From positions 1-62,017 of the forward strand of contig CBDUOH010000003.1 of NCBI GenBank assembly GCA_965368815.1: 62,017 nt of DNA, written 5' to 3'. The first letter of the stretch is position 1. The number at the start of each line of letters is the position of its first letter. The notes under the pieces were generated by a model. It ran no database searches. It saw nothing but the letters and a program-made list of their open reading frames with translations, and was not told where the DNA came from. The DNA comes from an uncultured Acidimicrobiia bacterium. GTDB lineage: Bacteria > Actinomycetota > Acidimicrobiia > Spongiisociales > UBA5794. This document shows, piece by piece, positions 1 to 9,773 of this stretch. The position numbers were made by a program, and so were the translations under genes.

Positions 1-1323
1 CTCCAACAACCCTCGTACCCCGATCCGGACGAGCTCGTCCGTGTCGAGAAGGAACTGGCCGGCTCCCCTCCACTCGTGTTCGCAGGAGAAGCCAGGCGCC
101 TGCGGGAGCACCTCCGCAAAGTCGCCCGCGGCGAGGCATTCCTGTTGCAGGGGGGCGATTGCGCCGAATCGTTCGCGGAGTTCCATGTCGACACGATCCG
201 CGACACGTTCAAAGTCATGCTCCAGATGTCGGTCGTGCTCACCTACGGGGCGTCACTCCCGGTCGTCAAGGTCGGTCGGATGGCGGGTCAGTTCGCGAAG
301 CCACGTTCGTCGGATCTCGAAACACAGAACGGGGAATCGCTGCCGAGTTACCGCGGTGACATCATCAACGGGATTGCATTCGATGCCGAGTCACGCTTGC
401 CCGATCCGGAACGGCTCATCAAGGCGTACCACCAATCGGCCTTGACTCTGAATCTGCTCCGCGCGTTCGCCCAAGGTGGAATGGCGAACCTTGAGCAGGT
501 CCACAGGTGGAACCTCGAATTCATCAAGGACACCGACCAAGCGGAACGATACGAGGCTCTGGCCTCGGATCTCGACGAGTCCCTCGCATTCATGCGGGCG
601 ATCGGGCTGACACCCGAAACGGCTCGACAGCTCCGGGAGACCGAGTTCTACACGAGTCATGAGGCGTTGCTCCCCGGGTATGAAGAAGCCCTGACACGTA
701 TCGACTCGATCACGGGCGATCCCTACGCATGCTCGGCGCACATGCTCTGGATCGGCGATCGTACTCGTCAGATCGACGGCGCCCACGTCGAGCTCCTCCG
801 TGGCGTCGAGAACCCGATCGGTCTCAAGTGCGGGCCATCCCTGACACCCGACGAACTCGTGCGACTGATCTCCGTGCTCGATCCTGACAACGATCCGGGG
901 CGCCTCACGCTCATCACCCGCCACGGCGCCGAAGGCGTCGCTGACAACCTTCCGCCGCTCATCGAAGCAGTGGAGAAGGAGGGCATGCGGGTCGTGTGGT
1001 CGTGCGATCCCATGCATGGCAACACGATGGTGTCAGCCAACGGTTACAAGACGAGACCGTTCGAGCGCATCAAGTCCGAGGTCGAGCAATTCTTTGACAT
1101 CCATCGAAGCTACGGGACCCATCCCGGCGGTGTCCACTTCGAGATGACCGGGCAGAACGTGACCGAATGCACGGGGGGTTCGATCCAGATCGAGGAGTCG
1201 AATCTCGCGGATCGGTATCACACACACTGCGACCCACGACTGAACGCGAGCCAGGCGCTCGAGTTCGCCTTCATCCTCGCCGACCAGCTGAAGCAATCCC
1301 GCAGGGCGGACGTCGAAGAGTGA
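1..1323 (+). CDS. class II 3-deoxy-7-phosphoheptulonate (DAHP) synthase, 5' end outside window
   Basis: Frame is open from nt 1 ([30 protein letters not shown]...). Translation has class-II DAHPS hallmarks [24 protein letters not shown] and [11 protein letters not shown]. Stop TGA at 1321-1323. Confidence 0.9.
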   Translation, partial: LQQPSYPDPDELVRVEKELAGSPPLVFAGEARRLREHLRKVARGEAFLLQGGDCAESFAEFHVDTIRDTFKVMLQMSVVLTYGASLPVVKVGRMAGQFAKPRSSDLETQNGESLPSYRGDIINGIAFDAESRLPDPERLIKAYHQSALTLNLLRAFAQGGMANLEQVHRWNLEFIKDTDQAERYEALASDLDESLAFMRAIGLTPETARQLRETEFYTSHEALLPGYEEALTRIDSITGDPYACSAHMLWIGDRTRQIDGAHVELLRGVENPIGLKCGPSLTPDELVRLISVLDPDNDPGRLTLITRHGAEGVADNLPPLIEAVEKEGMRVVWSCDPMHGNTMVSANGYKTRPFERIKSEVEQFFDIHRSYGTHPGGVHFEMTGQNVTECTGGSIQIEESNLADRYHTHCDPRLNASQALEFAFILADQLKQSRRADVEE

Positions 1324-1355
1324 CGCCAGCGGGCTGAACGGCCGTCCGGTCTGCG

Positions 1356-2315
1356 TCAGTGAACGGTGGTTGTCGATCCAAGGTGCTGTTCGATCACGGA
1401 CCAAACCGAGCGTCGGGCGAGTTGACGCTGCATGGACCGCAACGTCGCGAGGAACGTCGGAACGGCTGCGGCCGCTGACATCGGATTTGGACGAGCAACG
1501 TCGAGCACCGTGTCGTTCGGTCGTAGCACGACCACATCGGTGTCGGGCCACGTCTCCTTGACGAGTGCCAATTCCGATGAGAGTGCCTTGCGGCCGACCC
1601 TGTCGAACATGTCCTCGTAAATCCGGCCGTGCGAACGCGGCGCGGTCGCGGCAAACGGTGCGACGACGATGATCAGGTCGAGCGGTTCGGGATGCCCAAG
1701 GATCAGATCGAGGGATGTACCCGACGCGATGCCGCCGTCGGCGTACCAGTGACCGTCGATGGCAACCGGCTCGTACACGAATGGCACAGCGGATGAGGCT
1801 GCCACCGCGTCAGCCATCGAAACGTCCGGTGCCGATTCGGTACCGAAAGCGACCCGCTCCCGCGAGGCAAGATCGAACGCGACAATCGCGGTCGGCTGAT
1901 CAGGCCAGGAATCAGCAAGCGGGCCGATGCCATCGTGGACCCACCGCTGGAGTCCGTCCGTGTTGAACACGCCCGGACTCCCCAATACGGCATGGAGGCT
2001 CGGTCGGCGAAGGGAGGGCACAAGCCCGCGGCGCACCCAGCGAAGCCCACCTCGTGGCCGACCCCTCGTATACAGGTAGGCGCTCAGGAAGTCCTTGATC
2101 TCATCGGCGGATCCGCCCGTTCCGGTGAAAGTCTCAAGATTCAGGGCGCCTCCGCGGATCATGGCGCTCACGAAGGAACCCGACGAAGTTCCGATGATGA
2201 CTTCACTGTCGTTTGGGTCCCAACCCGTGGCCATCTCGAGCGACAGAAGGGTTCCGAAGTGGAACGCAGCACCGGTGATGCCGCCGCCTCCCAATACAAG
2301 TCCTACCTGAGTCAC
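1356..2315 (-). CDS. patatin-like phospholipase family protein
   Basis: 319-aa ORF with a Gly-rich loop GGGGITG, a GxSxG nucleophile (GTSSG) and an Asp-Gly dyad (YADGG). GTG start is preceded by TAAGCT plus 6 nt (leaderless geometry). Confidence 0.8.
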   Translation of the reverse strand: MTQVGLVLGGGGITGAAFHFGTLLSLEMATGWDPNDSEVIIGTSSGSFVSAMIRGGALNLETFTGTGGSADEIKDFLSAYLYTRGRPRGGLRWVRRGLVPSLRRPSLHAVLGSPGVFNTDGLQRWVHDGIGPLADSWPDQPTAIVAFDLASRERVAFGTESAPDVSMADAVAASSAVPFVYEPVAIDGHWYADGGIASGTSLDLILGHPEPLDLIIVVAPFAATAPRSHGRIYEDMFDRVGRKALSSELALVKETWPDTDVVVLRPNDTVLDVARPNPMSAAAAVPTFLATLRSMQRQLARRSVWSVIEQHLGSTTTVH

Positions 2316-2321
2316 CGCGGC

Positions 2322-2327
2322 AGCTTA
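2322..2327 (-). promoter_or_regulatory. candidate -10 hexamer (TAAGCT) for leaderless patatin-like gene
   Basis: The reverse complement of 2322-2327 is TAAGCT. A 6-nt spacer leads to GTG at 2315, with no SD. Confidence 0.4.
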
Positions 2328-2389
2328 TCGGTGACACCGGGTTCGCCGCCGACCGAGGCATACGCCGCGACCGCGTCGTCCAGCGGCCC

Positions 2390-2395
2390 TATCGT
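2390..2395 (+). promoter_or_regulatory. candidate -10 hexamer (TATCGT) for leaderless mshD
   Basis: TATCGT, then 6 nt (gcccac), then ATG at 2402. No SD. Confidence 0.4.
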
Positions 2396-2401
2396 GCCCA
2401 C

Positions 2402-3250
2402 ATGCGAATCCCCGAAGACATCGGCGTGTTCATTGAACGGCTGGAACGGGCCGACGGCCATCCGCCGCTGAGTGAGTCCAAGCTGTTCGCCCTTCGCGAG
2501 CAGTCGCGCTACGTATCGGTCGAAGAAGACGGAGAACTCCGCGCGATCGGGGTGGTGGCGGATCATCGGCAGGCGACAGGCGAAATCCACCGGTCCGTTG
2601 AGACAGCCGTCGAACCATCGATGCGGTTCGTCGAGTTCGAATCGGTTGTGTTGGCGCAGACGCTCGCCCTCGCGGGTAAGCAAGCCCCCACCTCCGTGTG
2701 GAGCCGAAGGCGGAGTCTTGATGGTGCGCTTGAACAGGCAGGGTTCGTGGTTGAGCGATCACTGGCGAACATGGAGGTGGATCTACCCGTCGCCGGCGGT
2801 GCGGTGGAACCGACACGGGGCATGCATCCCGACGAGGTCGGTGTGCTCGTGGCGGTCAACCACGCTTCGTTCGGTGATCATCGGGAGGCCGGGTCGCTGA
2901 ACGAGGACGAAGTGGCCGTCCTGATGGCCGAACCGTGGTTCGCACTCGAGGACGTGAGGCTGCACGAGGGGCCGACTGGGATCGATGCCTTCTGCTGGAC
3001 AAAACGCCTCGGCGACGCGGTGGGGGAGATCTACCGGATCGGTGTGATCGGTTCCGCGAGAGGTCAGGGTCTCGGGAGGGCTATGACGCTCGCCGGCTTC
3101 GATCACCTTGCGAGGGCCGGGGCGTGCACGACAGGCACGCTCTGGGTCGATGAGGCCAACGAACCCGCTATGCACCTCTATCGGGGTATCGGCATGCAGA
3201 TCGTTGCGAGGAACAGGGAGTTCACCCGGAAGACGCCCGGGGGCAGCTAG
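2402..3250 (+). CDS. mshD: GNAT N-acetyltransferase, probable mycothiol synthase
   Basis: 282-aa two-lobed GNAT. The C-terminal half (VNHASFGDHREAGS..EPWF..FCWTK..GEIYRIGVIGSARGQGLG) is collinear with my recollection of M. tuberculosis MshD (NNAAFAGHPEQGG..EPWF..FHWTK..GEVYVLGV..RRGLG). Confidence 0.65.
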   Translation: MRIPEDIGVFIERLERADGHPPLSESKLFALREQSRYVSVEEDGELRAIGVVADHRQATGEIHRSVETAVEPSMRFVEFESVVLAQTLALAGKQAPTSVWSRRRSLDGALEQAGFVVERSLANMEVDLPVAGGAVEPTRGMHPDEVGVLVAVNHASFGDHREAGSLNEDEVAVLMAEPWFALEDVRLHEGPTGIDAFCWTKRLGDAVGEIYRIGVIGSARGQGLGRAMTLAGFDHLARAGACTTGTLWVDEANEPAMHLYRGIGMQIVARNREFTRKTPGGS

Positions 3251-3450
3251 CCGAATCGATGACCGCACGACGGGCAGTGGACATCCCCGGCGGTGGTCTG
3301 GGCCCGGCACCACGGACACGGCAGGTCGCTGCCATCGCCGATTGCGGCGTATCGGGGTTCGCGCGATGCAACGGTCGTGGTTTGCGTCTTGTTGTTGACG
3401 GTGATGATCGCCATCGTGACGAAAACCGTTGCCAGCACAATCTCCAACAT
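3247..3450 (-). CDS. small membrane-anchored zinc-ribbon protein (hypothetical)
   Basis: 67 aa with an N-terminal hydrophobic helix (LEIVLATVFVTMAIITV) and a C-terminal CPWC-x11-CPSC zinc ribbon. Strong SD GAAGGAGGGAG lies about 9 nt upstream of the ATG. High GC3. Confidence 0.55.
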   Translation of the reverse strand: MLEIVLATVFVTMAIITVNNKTQTTTVASREPRYAAIGDGSDLPCPWCRAQTTAGDVHCPSCGHRFG

Positions 3451-3576
3451 CTCGCTCTCCCTCCTTCGGACGGTCCGATGTTGGCAGAGGTCGCGAAAAT
3501 CTTGGGTATTTCGTGAGGATGCGACCGCGACCGATCACCTGGTGGGATGTTTGGGTCCGAGAGTCTGGGTCCTCGG

Positions 3577-4440
3577 TCAGCTGCCGATCGCGCCCAGGAC
3601 GGCACGATTGAACTCGGGGACGAGGTTGCCGGGGATGTCGGTCGGACGCGCCGAGAGCTGCTGTTCAGCGAGGTGCACCAAGGCCTGTGCGGCGTGATAC
3701 ACGATCCAGCGGTCGAGTTGGTCCGGCTCCATCGACCGTCCGTACCCCTTGAGCACCGACTGGGCGGCAAGCGGACCGGCATGGAGCCCGACACTCCACA
3801 CCGCACGGGACAGATCCCATTCCGGTGGGGCCAACGTCGCCCACTCCCACGTCACCAGGGTCACGTCGCCAGCGTCGTTGACGATCAGCTTCTTGGCCAC
3901 GGGATTGGTGTGGGACACGACAGGGGATCCGGCCCGGGGAGCAGGAACCTTCTGTGCAGCTGCCACGAGTTCTGATTCGACCCCGACGCGGGCGCGGTAC
4001 CGATCGAGTCTTCTCAGCGTCGACTTGAGATCGACGGACACCCAATCCTGGTCGATACCCCGTGCGAGGTTCGAGAACGCTGATGCGTCGGTCTGGTGGA
4101 GGGAAAGGAGGATCTCCCCGGACTTTTCCGCCAGCCCGGGGTTCTCGGGAAGGCTCTGCACATTCCACTTGCCGGCGTCTGCGAACATCGCCCAATGCGT
4201 GTTGTCATCGACACCTCGATCCAGCACCGTGGGGGTACCGGGGATGTGCTTGAGTGCATCGAGCGCGTGCGTCTCACGTCGCATCCTGGAATCGGAGCCG
4301 TAGACCTTGAGCACGATGGTCCCGCTGTCACGCCAGATACGGAAGATGTGATTGGCGCCCTGCAGGGAGGTGGCGGAACTCAGCTGCTGCACCGTTGAAC
4401 CGGTCGCAAACTTCTCTGCCAGCGTTCGAGGGTCCATCAT
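3577..4440 (-). CDS. aminoglycoside-phosphotransferase/choline-kinase-fold protein with degenerate catalytic residues
   Basis: APH-family layout: IVLKVY Lys, RRETHAL Glu, SHTNPVAKKLIV...VTWEWA...PPEWDL. The maximal ORF runs to GTG 4479. ATG 4440 or 4437 is preferred because GAAGG lies 3 to 6 nt upstream. Confidence 0.6.
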   Translation of the reverse strand: MMDPRTLAEKFATGSTVQQLSSATSLQGANHIFRIWRDSGTIVLKVYGSDSRMRRETHALDALKHIPGTPTVLDRGVDDNTHWAMFADAGKWNVQSLPENPGLAEKSGEILLSLHQTDASAFSNLARGIDQDWVSVDLKSTLRRLDRYRARVGVESELVAAAQKVPAPRAGSPVVSHTNPVAKKLIVNDAGDVTLVTWEWATLAPPEWDLSRAVWSVGLHAGPLAAQSVLKGYGRSMEPDQLDRWIVYHAAQALVHLAEQQLSARPTDIPGNLVPEFNRAVLGAIGS

Positions 4441-4537
4441 CGGCCTTCGTGGTCGGGTACTCGTGTGGACATTATGCACCTAACCACAGCTTGGTAGCCT
4501 TGTATCTTCGAGATCACCCAGGCGACAAGGATTCACT

Positions 4538-6484
4538 GTGACGGTACGCATCACCCTCCCCGACGGTTCAGAGCGCGAGTTCGCCGACGGCGTGACCGGG
4601 TACGACATCGCCTCCGACATCGGTCCGCGTTTGGCCCAGGCTGCCGTCGCGGTCACGGTGGATTCGGCCATGTACGACCTCCATCGGCCGATCGACCACG
4701 ACGCTTCGGTGTCGGTGGTCACGGACGCCACAGAAGCCGGTCGCCACGTGATTCGCCACTCGGCGGCCCACATCATGGCCCAGGCCGTGCTCGACCTGTT
4801 CCCGGGTGCGACCTTCGCAATAGGTCCTGCCATCCAGGACGGTTTCTATTACGACTTCTCGGTCGATCAGCCCTTCACGCCCGAGGATCTGTCACGGATC
4901 GAATCTCGGATGAATGAGATCGTCGAGCAGGATCAGGCGTTCGAGCGTGGTGAGTTGACGATCGAGGAGGCCCTCAAACAGTTCGAGGACCACCCGTTCA
5001 AGGTTGAGATCATCAAGGGTGTCGACGCCGACGAGGGCGTATCTGACGGCAAGGTCTCGACATACCGGAACGACGAGTTCATCGACCTGTGTCGTGGCCC
5101 ACATCTGCCCACGACCGGTCGACTCAAGTCGTTCAAGCTGTTGCGATCCGCGGGCGCGTATTGGCGCGGCGACGAGAACAACGCCCAGCTCCAGCGGATC
5201 TACGGCACCGCTTGGGAATCAGGCAAAGCACTCGCGGATTACCTGATGCGCATGGAAGAGGCGTCCAAGCGGGACCACCGCAAACTTGGTGCCGAACTCG
5301 ATCTGTACTCCTTTCCCACGGAGTTGGGGTCCGGCCTTGCGATCTGGCATCCCAAGGGCGGCATTCTCCGCAGGACGATCGAGGACTATTCGCGACGCAC
5401 GCACATGCATGGTGGCTACGAATACGTCGTGACACCGCACGTGGCCAAGGCTGACCTGTGGCAGACCTCAGGGCATGTGAACTTCTACGCCGAGAACATG
5501 TATCCGTCCATGGACCTCGACGGCGGCGAGGACAAACCCGGTCAGGCGTACTACGTCAAGCCGATGAATTGTCCGGGACACATCCTGATCTACAAGGCGT
5601 CGAGTCGGTCGTACCGAGAACTGCCGCTGCGGCTGTTCGAACTCGGCACGGTGTACCGGTACGAGCGCTCCGGTGTGATACACGGACTGCTGCGGGCGCG
5701 TGGCTTCACCCAGGACGACAGTCACATCTTCACCACCGAGGAGTTGCTCGCCGAGGAGTTGGAGAGTCTGCTCGACTTCGTTCTCAACGTGCTGCGCGAT
5801 TTCGGGTTCGAGGAGTTCGAGGCGGATCTGTCGACGCGCCCCGACAAGTACGTCGGCGACCTGGAAGCGTGGAAGCGAGCGGAGAAGTATCTCGCTGCTT
5901 CACTCGATGCCGCCGAACTCGACTATCAGATCGCCCCCGGTGAGGGCGCCTTCTACGGGCCGAAGATCGATGTGCACGTCAAGGATGCGATCGGTCGACG
6001 TTGGCAGCTGTCGACCATCCAAGTCGACTTCGGCCAACCCGAGAACTTCGAACTCGAGTACACGACGTCGGAGAACACACGCGAGCGACCGGTGATGATC
6101 CACCGGGCGCTGCTCGGGTCGGTCGAACGATTCGTCGGTGTCCTGGTGGAGCACTATGCAGGTGCGTTCCCCATGTGGTTGTCGCCGGTGCAGGTCACGG
6201 TTGTTCCCGTCGCGGACCGCCACAACTCGTACGCCTCGGAACTCGGCGACCGTCTCCGGATGGCCGGCTTGCGAGTGGAGGTCGACACGGCCGACCAGAC
6301 CGTCGGCGAAAAGATCCGGAGGGCGATCACCCAGAAGCACCCTGCGGTCATGGTCGTCGGCGACAATGACGTCGAGAACGGGACGGTGGGTTTCCGATTG
6401 CGGGGAGAAGATGACGAAGAACGCGGCCTCCCCGTTGACACCGCGCTTGATCGTCTGACGAAGCTTGCGGCCCCGCCGCGATAA
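4538..6484 (+). CDS. thrS: threonine--tRNA ligase
   Basis: 648 aa with a TGS-type N-terminus MTVRITLPDGSEREF, KRDHRKLGAELDLYSF and GFTQDDSHIF. SD AAGGA is upstream of the GTG. Confidence 0.95.
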   Translation: MTVRITLPDGSEREFADGVTGYDIASDIGPRLAQAAVAVTVDSAMYDLHRPIDHDASVSVVTDATEAGRHVIRHSAAHIMAQAVLDLFPGATFAIGPAIQDGFYYDFSVDQPFTPEDLSRIESRMNEIVEQDQAFERGELTIEEALKQFEDHPFKVEIIKGVDADEGVSDGKVSTYRNDEFIDLCRGPHLPTTGRLKSFKLLRSAGAYWRGDENNAQLQRIYGTAWESGKALADYLMRMEEASKRDHRKLGAELDLYSFPTELGSGLAIWHPKGGILRRTIEDYSRRTHMHGGYEYVVTPHVAKADLWQTSGHVNFYAENMYPSMDLDGGEDKPGQAYYVKPMNCPGHILIYKASSRSYRELPLRLFELGTVYRYERSGVIHGLLRARGFTQDDSHIFTTEELLAEELESLLDFVLNVLRDFGFEEFEADLSTRPDKYVGDLEAWKRAEKYLAASLDAAELDYQIAPGEGAFYGPKIDVHVKDAIGRRWQLSTIQVDFGQPENFELEYTTSENTRERPVMIHRALLGSVERFVGVLVEHYAGAFPMWLSPVQVTVVPVADRHNSYASELGDRLRMAGLRVEVDTADQTVGEKIRRAITQKHPAVMVVGDNDVENGTVGFRLRGEDDEERGLPVDTALDRLTKLAAPPR

Positions 6485-6596
6485 ATAGCGCGGTCGGCCC
6501 ACTGCTCAACCCGGCCGGATCACGGTTGGTACACCGTAAGGCGCTAGCCTGCGAATCGGCCCGTGTCGGGCGACATTTCGTGCCTCGGAGGAACGT

Positions 6597-9278
6597 GTGA
6601 AAACTCTTGTCAAATCCTTGTCGACTGCCGTGCGCCGCGCACCGTGGATCGTCATCGCCGTCATCGTGGTTCTGTCCATGGTTCTTGGATCGTTTGCTGG
6701 GCAATTCGTACCTGCTGAGGATCAGAACGAATCGTTCGCACCCGATGCTCCGGAACTCAGCGCATCGTCGGAGATCGGGGCCATCTTCGGAGCGGTTGCC
6801 CGCATGCAGGTGGTCGTCTCGAGCAATGATGGTGATGTCATCACTCTCGATGCTCTCGAGGCAGCGTTGGCACTTGAAACCGCCGTCCGGGCTTCTGAGG
6901 CCGGTGACCTGCTCGTTGACACGCCGAGTCAGCCTGCCGTGATGTCCCACCTCATGCCGGTCCAGCTTGCCATTGGTGCAGGTGCTCCGATGCCGACATC
7001 AGACGACGAGGTCAAGGAGTTGTACCGGGCCGGACTTGCACAGACACCGGATCAGTTCCGACCATTCCTCGTCGCTTTGCTGAGCGATGACGCCGACCTG
7101 AGCGCTGCGACGGCCGAACTCGGGCTCGGTGTGATCGCGTACGAATCATCGGACGATTTCGATGAGCTCGCCCAGCGGGCGCTCACCATCGCCAACGCAG
7201 TCGACGAGGTCGCCGTCGTCGGAAACGTGACGTTGGAACCGTTCAACGTCGATCTGATCTTCTCATCGACCGAGGACTTCGAGATCGAGGTCGGACGACT
7301 GCTCATCGCAGCGGCGATGATCATCCTTCTCGTCCTCGCGGTCATATTCATGGTGAAACCGGCCGGAAGCCGCGAACGCGTGTTGTACTGGGTGGGGCTC
7401 GTGCTGATGTTCATCGGTGCGGGAATCGCTGTGGTCCCGGGGCTCGCAAAGATCTTCCCTGACCTCTTCCCCGCGTCATGGGGCGACCTCGGGCTCGGAT
7501 TCGTTGTCGGTACCGCCATGTCGTTCTATGTCGTGGCGTTCCTGTTGTGGTCGTTGACGAGCACGCGGCTCCGACGCACGACGGCCGACACGCTCGTCAC
7601 GTTCCTGACCATCGGTCTCGCCATCCAGTGGATGATGGGATACGGCTACCTTCGTTTCGAGGACCAGTCGCAGATGGCACAGATCCTGCCGATTCTGCTG
7701 ATTGGTCTCGGTGTCGACTACTCGATCCATATGACCACGCGCTACCGACAGGAACTCGCGGCAGGTCAATCCGTGGACAATGCGATGTCGCGAGCCATTC
7801 GCACCGTCGGCGTGGCCCTGGTGCTTGCGACATTGACCACAGCCGTGGGATTCCTCACGAACGTGACAAGTCCGATTCCTGCCCTTGCCGAGTTCGGGGA
7901 GCTCGCGGCCGTCGGTATCGCTGCGTCGTTCCTCCTGATGCTCACGTTCGTGCCGGCTGTGCGTGAGCTGCTGGACCGCAGGGCTGAACGAAACAACAGG
8001 CTCGAAACCGACGGGTTCGACACAGGCGAAGGTCGGATGCTCCCGCGGATCATCGGTAGCTTTTCGGTGCTGCCTCGCAGGTTCGCGGCCGCCACGGTGG
8101 CCGTGTCACTTGTCCTCGCGGCGCTTGGTGCCGTCTCGATGACCAATCTGTCGACGGAGTTCTCATTCCTCGACTTCGTACCGACGACGTCGCCGCTGAG
8201 AGATACCGCGGTCACGGTGGACGAACGCTTCGATTTCCCGGAGACGACGTCGGTTCTCGTGAAGGGAGATCTCGCCACCGGTGCCGCGTGGAACGCGATG
8301 CTGGCGTCCTACTCCAACGCGGCCGAGGTGCCCGAGGTATCGGTCATCGAGCTCGAATCCGGCGCTCGGTTCCCCGTCGGCGTCTCGTTGATGGGGATCC
8401 TGAATCAATGGTTGAACCCCGGTGGTGACCAGTTCGACGCGGATCTGTTCAACATTGCACTGGCGGTCGGATTCAATCAGCAACGTCAGGTGCCCGATGA
8501 CGCAGATCTGACGCCTCTCTATGACGCGGCGTACGCCAAGGACCCGATCACCATGGCCACGGTGCTCAAGTCTGACTACCAGATGTCGGTGTACAACTTC
8601 GACACGACAGCGGGGGAGTCCGGAGCAGGGGACCTGAAGGTGAACATGAACGATGCGTTCGTACCGATGGCCACCGTCGATGCCACCGCGGTCACCACGT
8701 CGGGGGCCATCATCAACGACCTCGTTGTCCAGTCGCTGTCGGATTCCCAGGTGTCATCGCTGGTGCTCACGCTCGTCGCAGCGCTGTTGCTGCTCGTCGT
8801 GAATTTCCTCTTCGAGAGTCGTCGCCCGATGCTCGGCCTGATCACAACCGTTCCTGTGGCGATCGTGGTGGTGTGGACGTTCGGCATCATGGCCGCGCTC
8901 GGGATTCCCTTCGGCCCCGTGACGGCCACGATCTCGGCGCTCGCGATCGGTATCGGTATTCCGTACATGATCCACGTGACGCACCGGTTCCTCGAGGAGC
9001 GTGGTGAGTACCCCGACGTCGACGATGCGATGCACCACACGCTTGTGCACACGGGTGGAGCGCTCGCCGGGTCCGCCGTGACGACCATCCTCGGTTTCGG
9101 CATCCTCATCACGTCCACGACGATCCCGTTCCGTCAGTTCGGGTTGGTCACCGCCTACACCATCCTTTTGGCACTGGTGGCAGCCGTGCTTGTGCTTCCG
9201 TCGATGCTTGCGTTGTGGTCGCGTTGGCACACCAACCGTGGTGATGAGCCGGCTACGGCGATGACCATCGAGGATTGA
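6597..9278 (+). CDS. MMPL/RND-family membrane transporter
   Basis: 893 aa with an N-terminal TM helix and two hydrophobic multi-helix blocks separated by large soluble domains. GGAGG lies 5 nt upstream of the GTG. Confidence 0.8.
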   Translation: MKTLVKSLSTAVRRAPWIVIAVIVVLSMVLGSFAGQFVPAEDQNESFAPDAPELSASSEIGAIFGAVARMQVVVSSNDGDVITLDALEAALALETAVRASEAGDLLVDTPSQPAVMSHLMPVQLAIGAGAPMPTSDDEVKELYRAGLAQTPDQFRPFLVALLSDDADLSAATAELGLGVIAYESSDDFDELAQRALTIANAVDEVAVVGNVTLEPFNVDLIFSSTEDFEIEVGRLLIAAAMIILLVLAVIFMVKPAGSRERVLYWVGLVLMFIGAGIAVVPGLAKIFPDLFPASWGDLGLGFVVGTAMSFYVVAFLLWSLTSTRLRRTTADTLVTFLTIGLAIQWMMGYGYLRFEDQSQMAQILPILLIGLGVDYSIHMTTRYRQELAAGQSVDNAMSRAIRTVGVALVLATLTTAVGFLTNVTSPIPALAEFGELAAVGIAASFLLMLTFVPAVRELLDRRAERNNRLETDGFDTGEGRMLPRIIGSFSVLPRRFAAATVAVSLVLAALGAVSMTNLSTEFSFLDFVPTTSPLRDTAVTVDERFDFPETTSVLVKGDLATGAAWNAMLASYSNAAEVPEVSVIELESGARFPVGVSLMGILNQWLNPGGDQFDADLFNIALAVGFNQQRQVPDDADLTPLYDAAYAKDPITMATVLKSDYQMSVYNFDTTAGESGAGDLKVNMNDAFVPMATVDATAVTTSGAIINDLVVQSLSDSQVSSLVLTLVAALLLLVVNFLFESRRPMLGLITTVPVAIVVVWTFGIMAALGIPFGPVTATISALAIGIGIPYMIHVTHRFLEERGEYPDVDDAMHHTLVHTGGALAGSAVTTILGFGILITSTTIPFRQFGLVTAYTILLALVAAVLVLPSMLALWSRWHTNRGDEPATAMTIED

Positions 9279-9285
9279 GGCGCTG

Positions 9286-9738
9286 ATGGCCGATTCGACG
9301 ACGAACGGCAACGGTCAGATCGGTGGGCCCGTGGGGCCATACCGCGTGTTGGACACGTCCATGCGTCGCCGCGCCGGATATGTCTACCTCGCAATGGCGG
9401 TGCTGGCCGCCGTGATCATCCGGGCGGCTGGTGTCGATGCCATGTGGCTCACTGCTGTTCTGCCTCTCGTGGTGCTCGCCGCAATGCAGTTCCTCGGGGG
9501 GTGGCACATCAAGGTGTCCGACATGGACGCAATCGCCATCGCGTCGGACGCCACGTCGTTCGGCGTCGGCCATGCATCGGGGTCGCTCGGTTTCAGAGGG
9601 TTCCTCGCCAAGCCGGTGTGGCAGATCCTCGTATTCGCTGCCGGCGAGGGGAGCCCGCAACACCAAGCCGTCGTCACGGTCGACGCGCTGTCAGGTGCGG
9701 TGTTGGGACTGTACGAGGAGACGGTGGACGCGCCGTAG
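9286..9738 (+). CDS. hypothetical membrane protein (2 predicted TM helices)
   Basis: 150-aa ORF starting 8 nt after the MMPL stop, with high GC3. Two hydrophobic helices (YVYLAMAVLAAVII, LTAVLPLVVLAAMQFLGG). I recognise no family. Confidence 0.5.
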   Translation: MADSTTNGNGQIGGPVGPYRVLDTSMRRRAGYVYLAMAVLAAVIIRAAGVDAMWLTAVLPLVVLAAMQFLGGWHIKVSDMDAIAIASDATSFGVGHASGSLGFRGFLAKPVWQILVFAAGEGSPQHQAVVTVDALSGAVLGLYEETVDAP

Positions 9739-9773
9739 GGGCCGGTGCGTCACCTGTTCCGTGGCCCGCCGAT

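Noticed and set aside
1324-1355. An inverted repeat TGACGC...GCGTCA between the convergent DAHP synthase and patatin genes, considered as a possible bidirectional terminator.
   Set aside because: Only the outer 6 bp pair. The 20-nt interior does not form a stable stem, and there is no T/A tract on either side.
1356-2315. The patatin-like lipase as a CBASS or defence effector (CapV-like).
   Set aside because: No cyclase, nucleotidyltransferase or other defence gene is adjacent. Its neighbours are DAHP synthase and mshD. It has its own leaderless-type promoter, so it looks like a stand-alone lipase.
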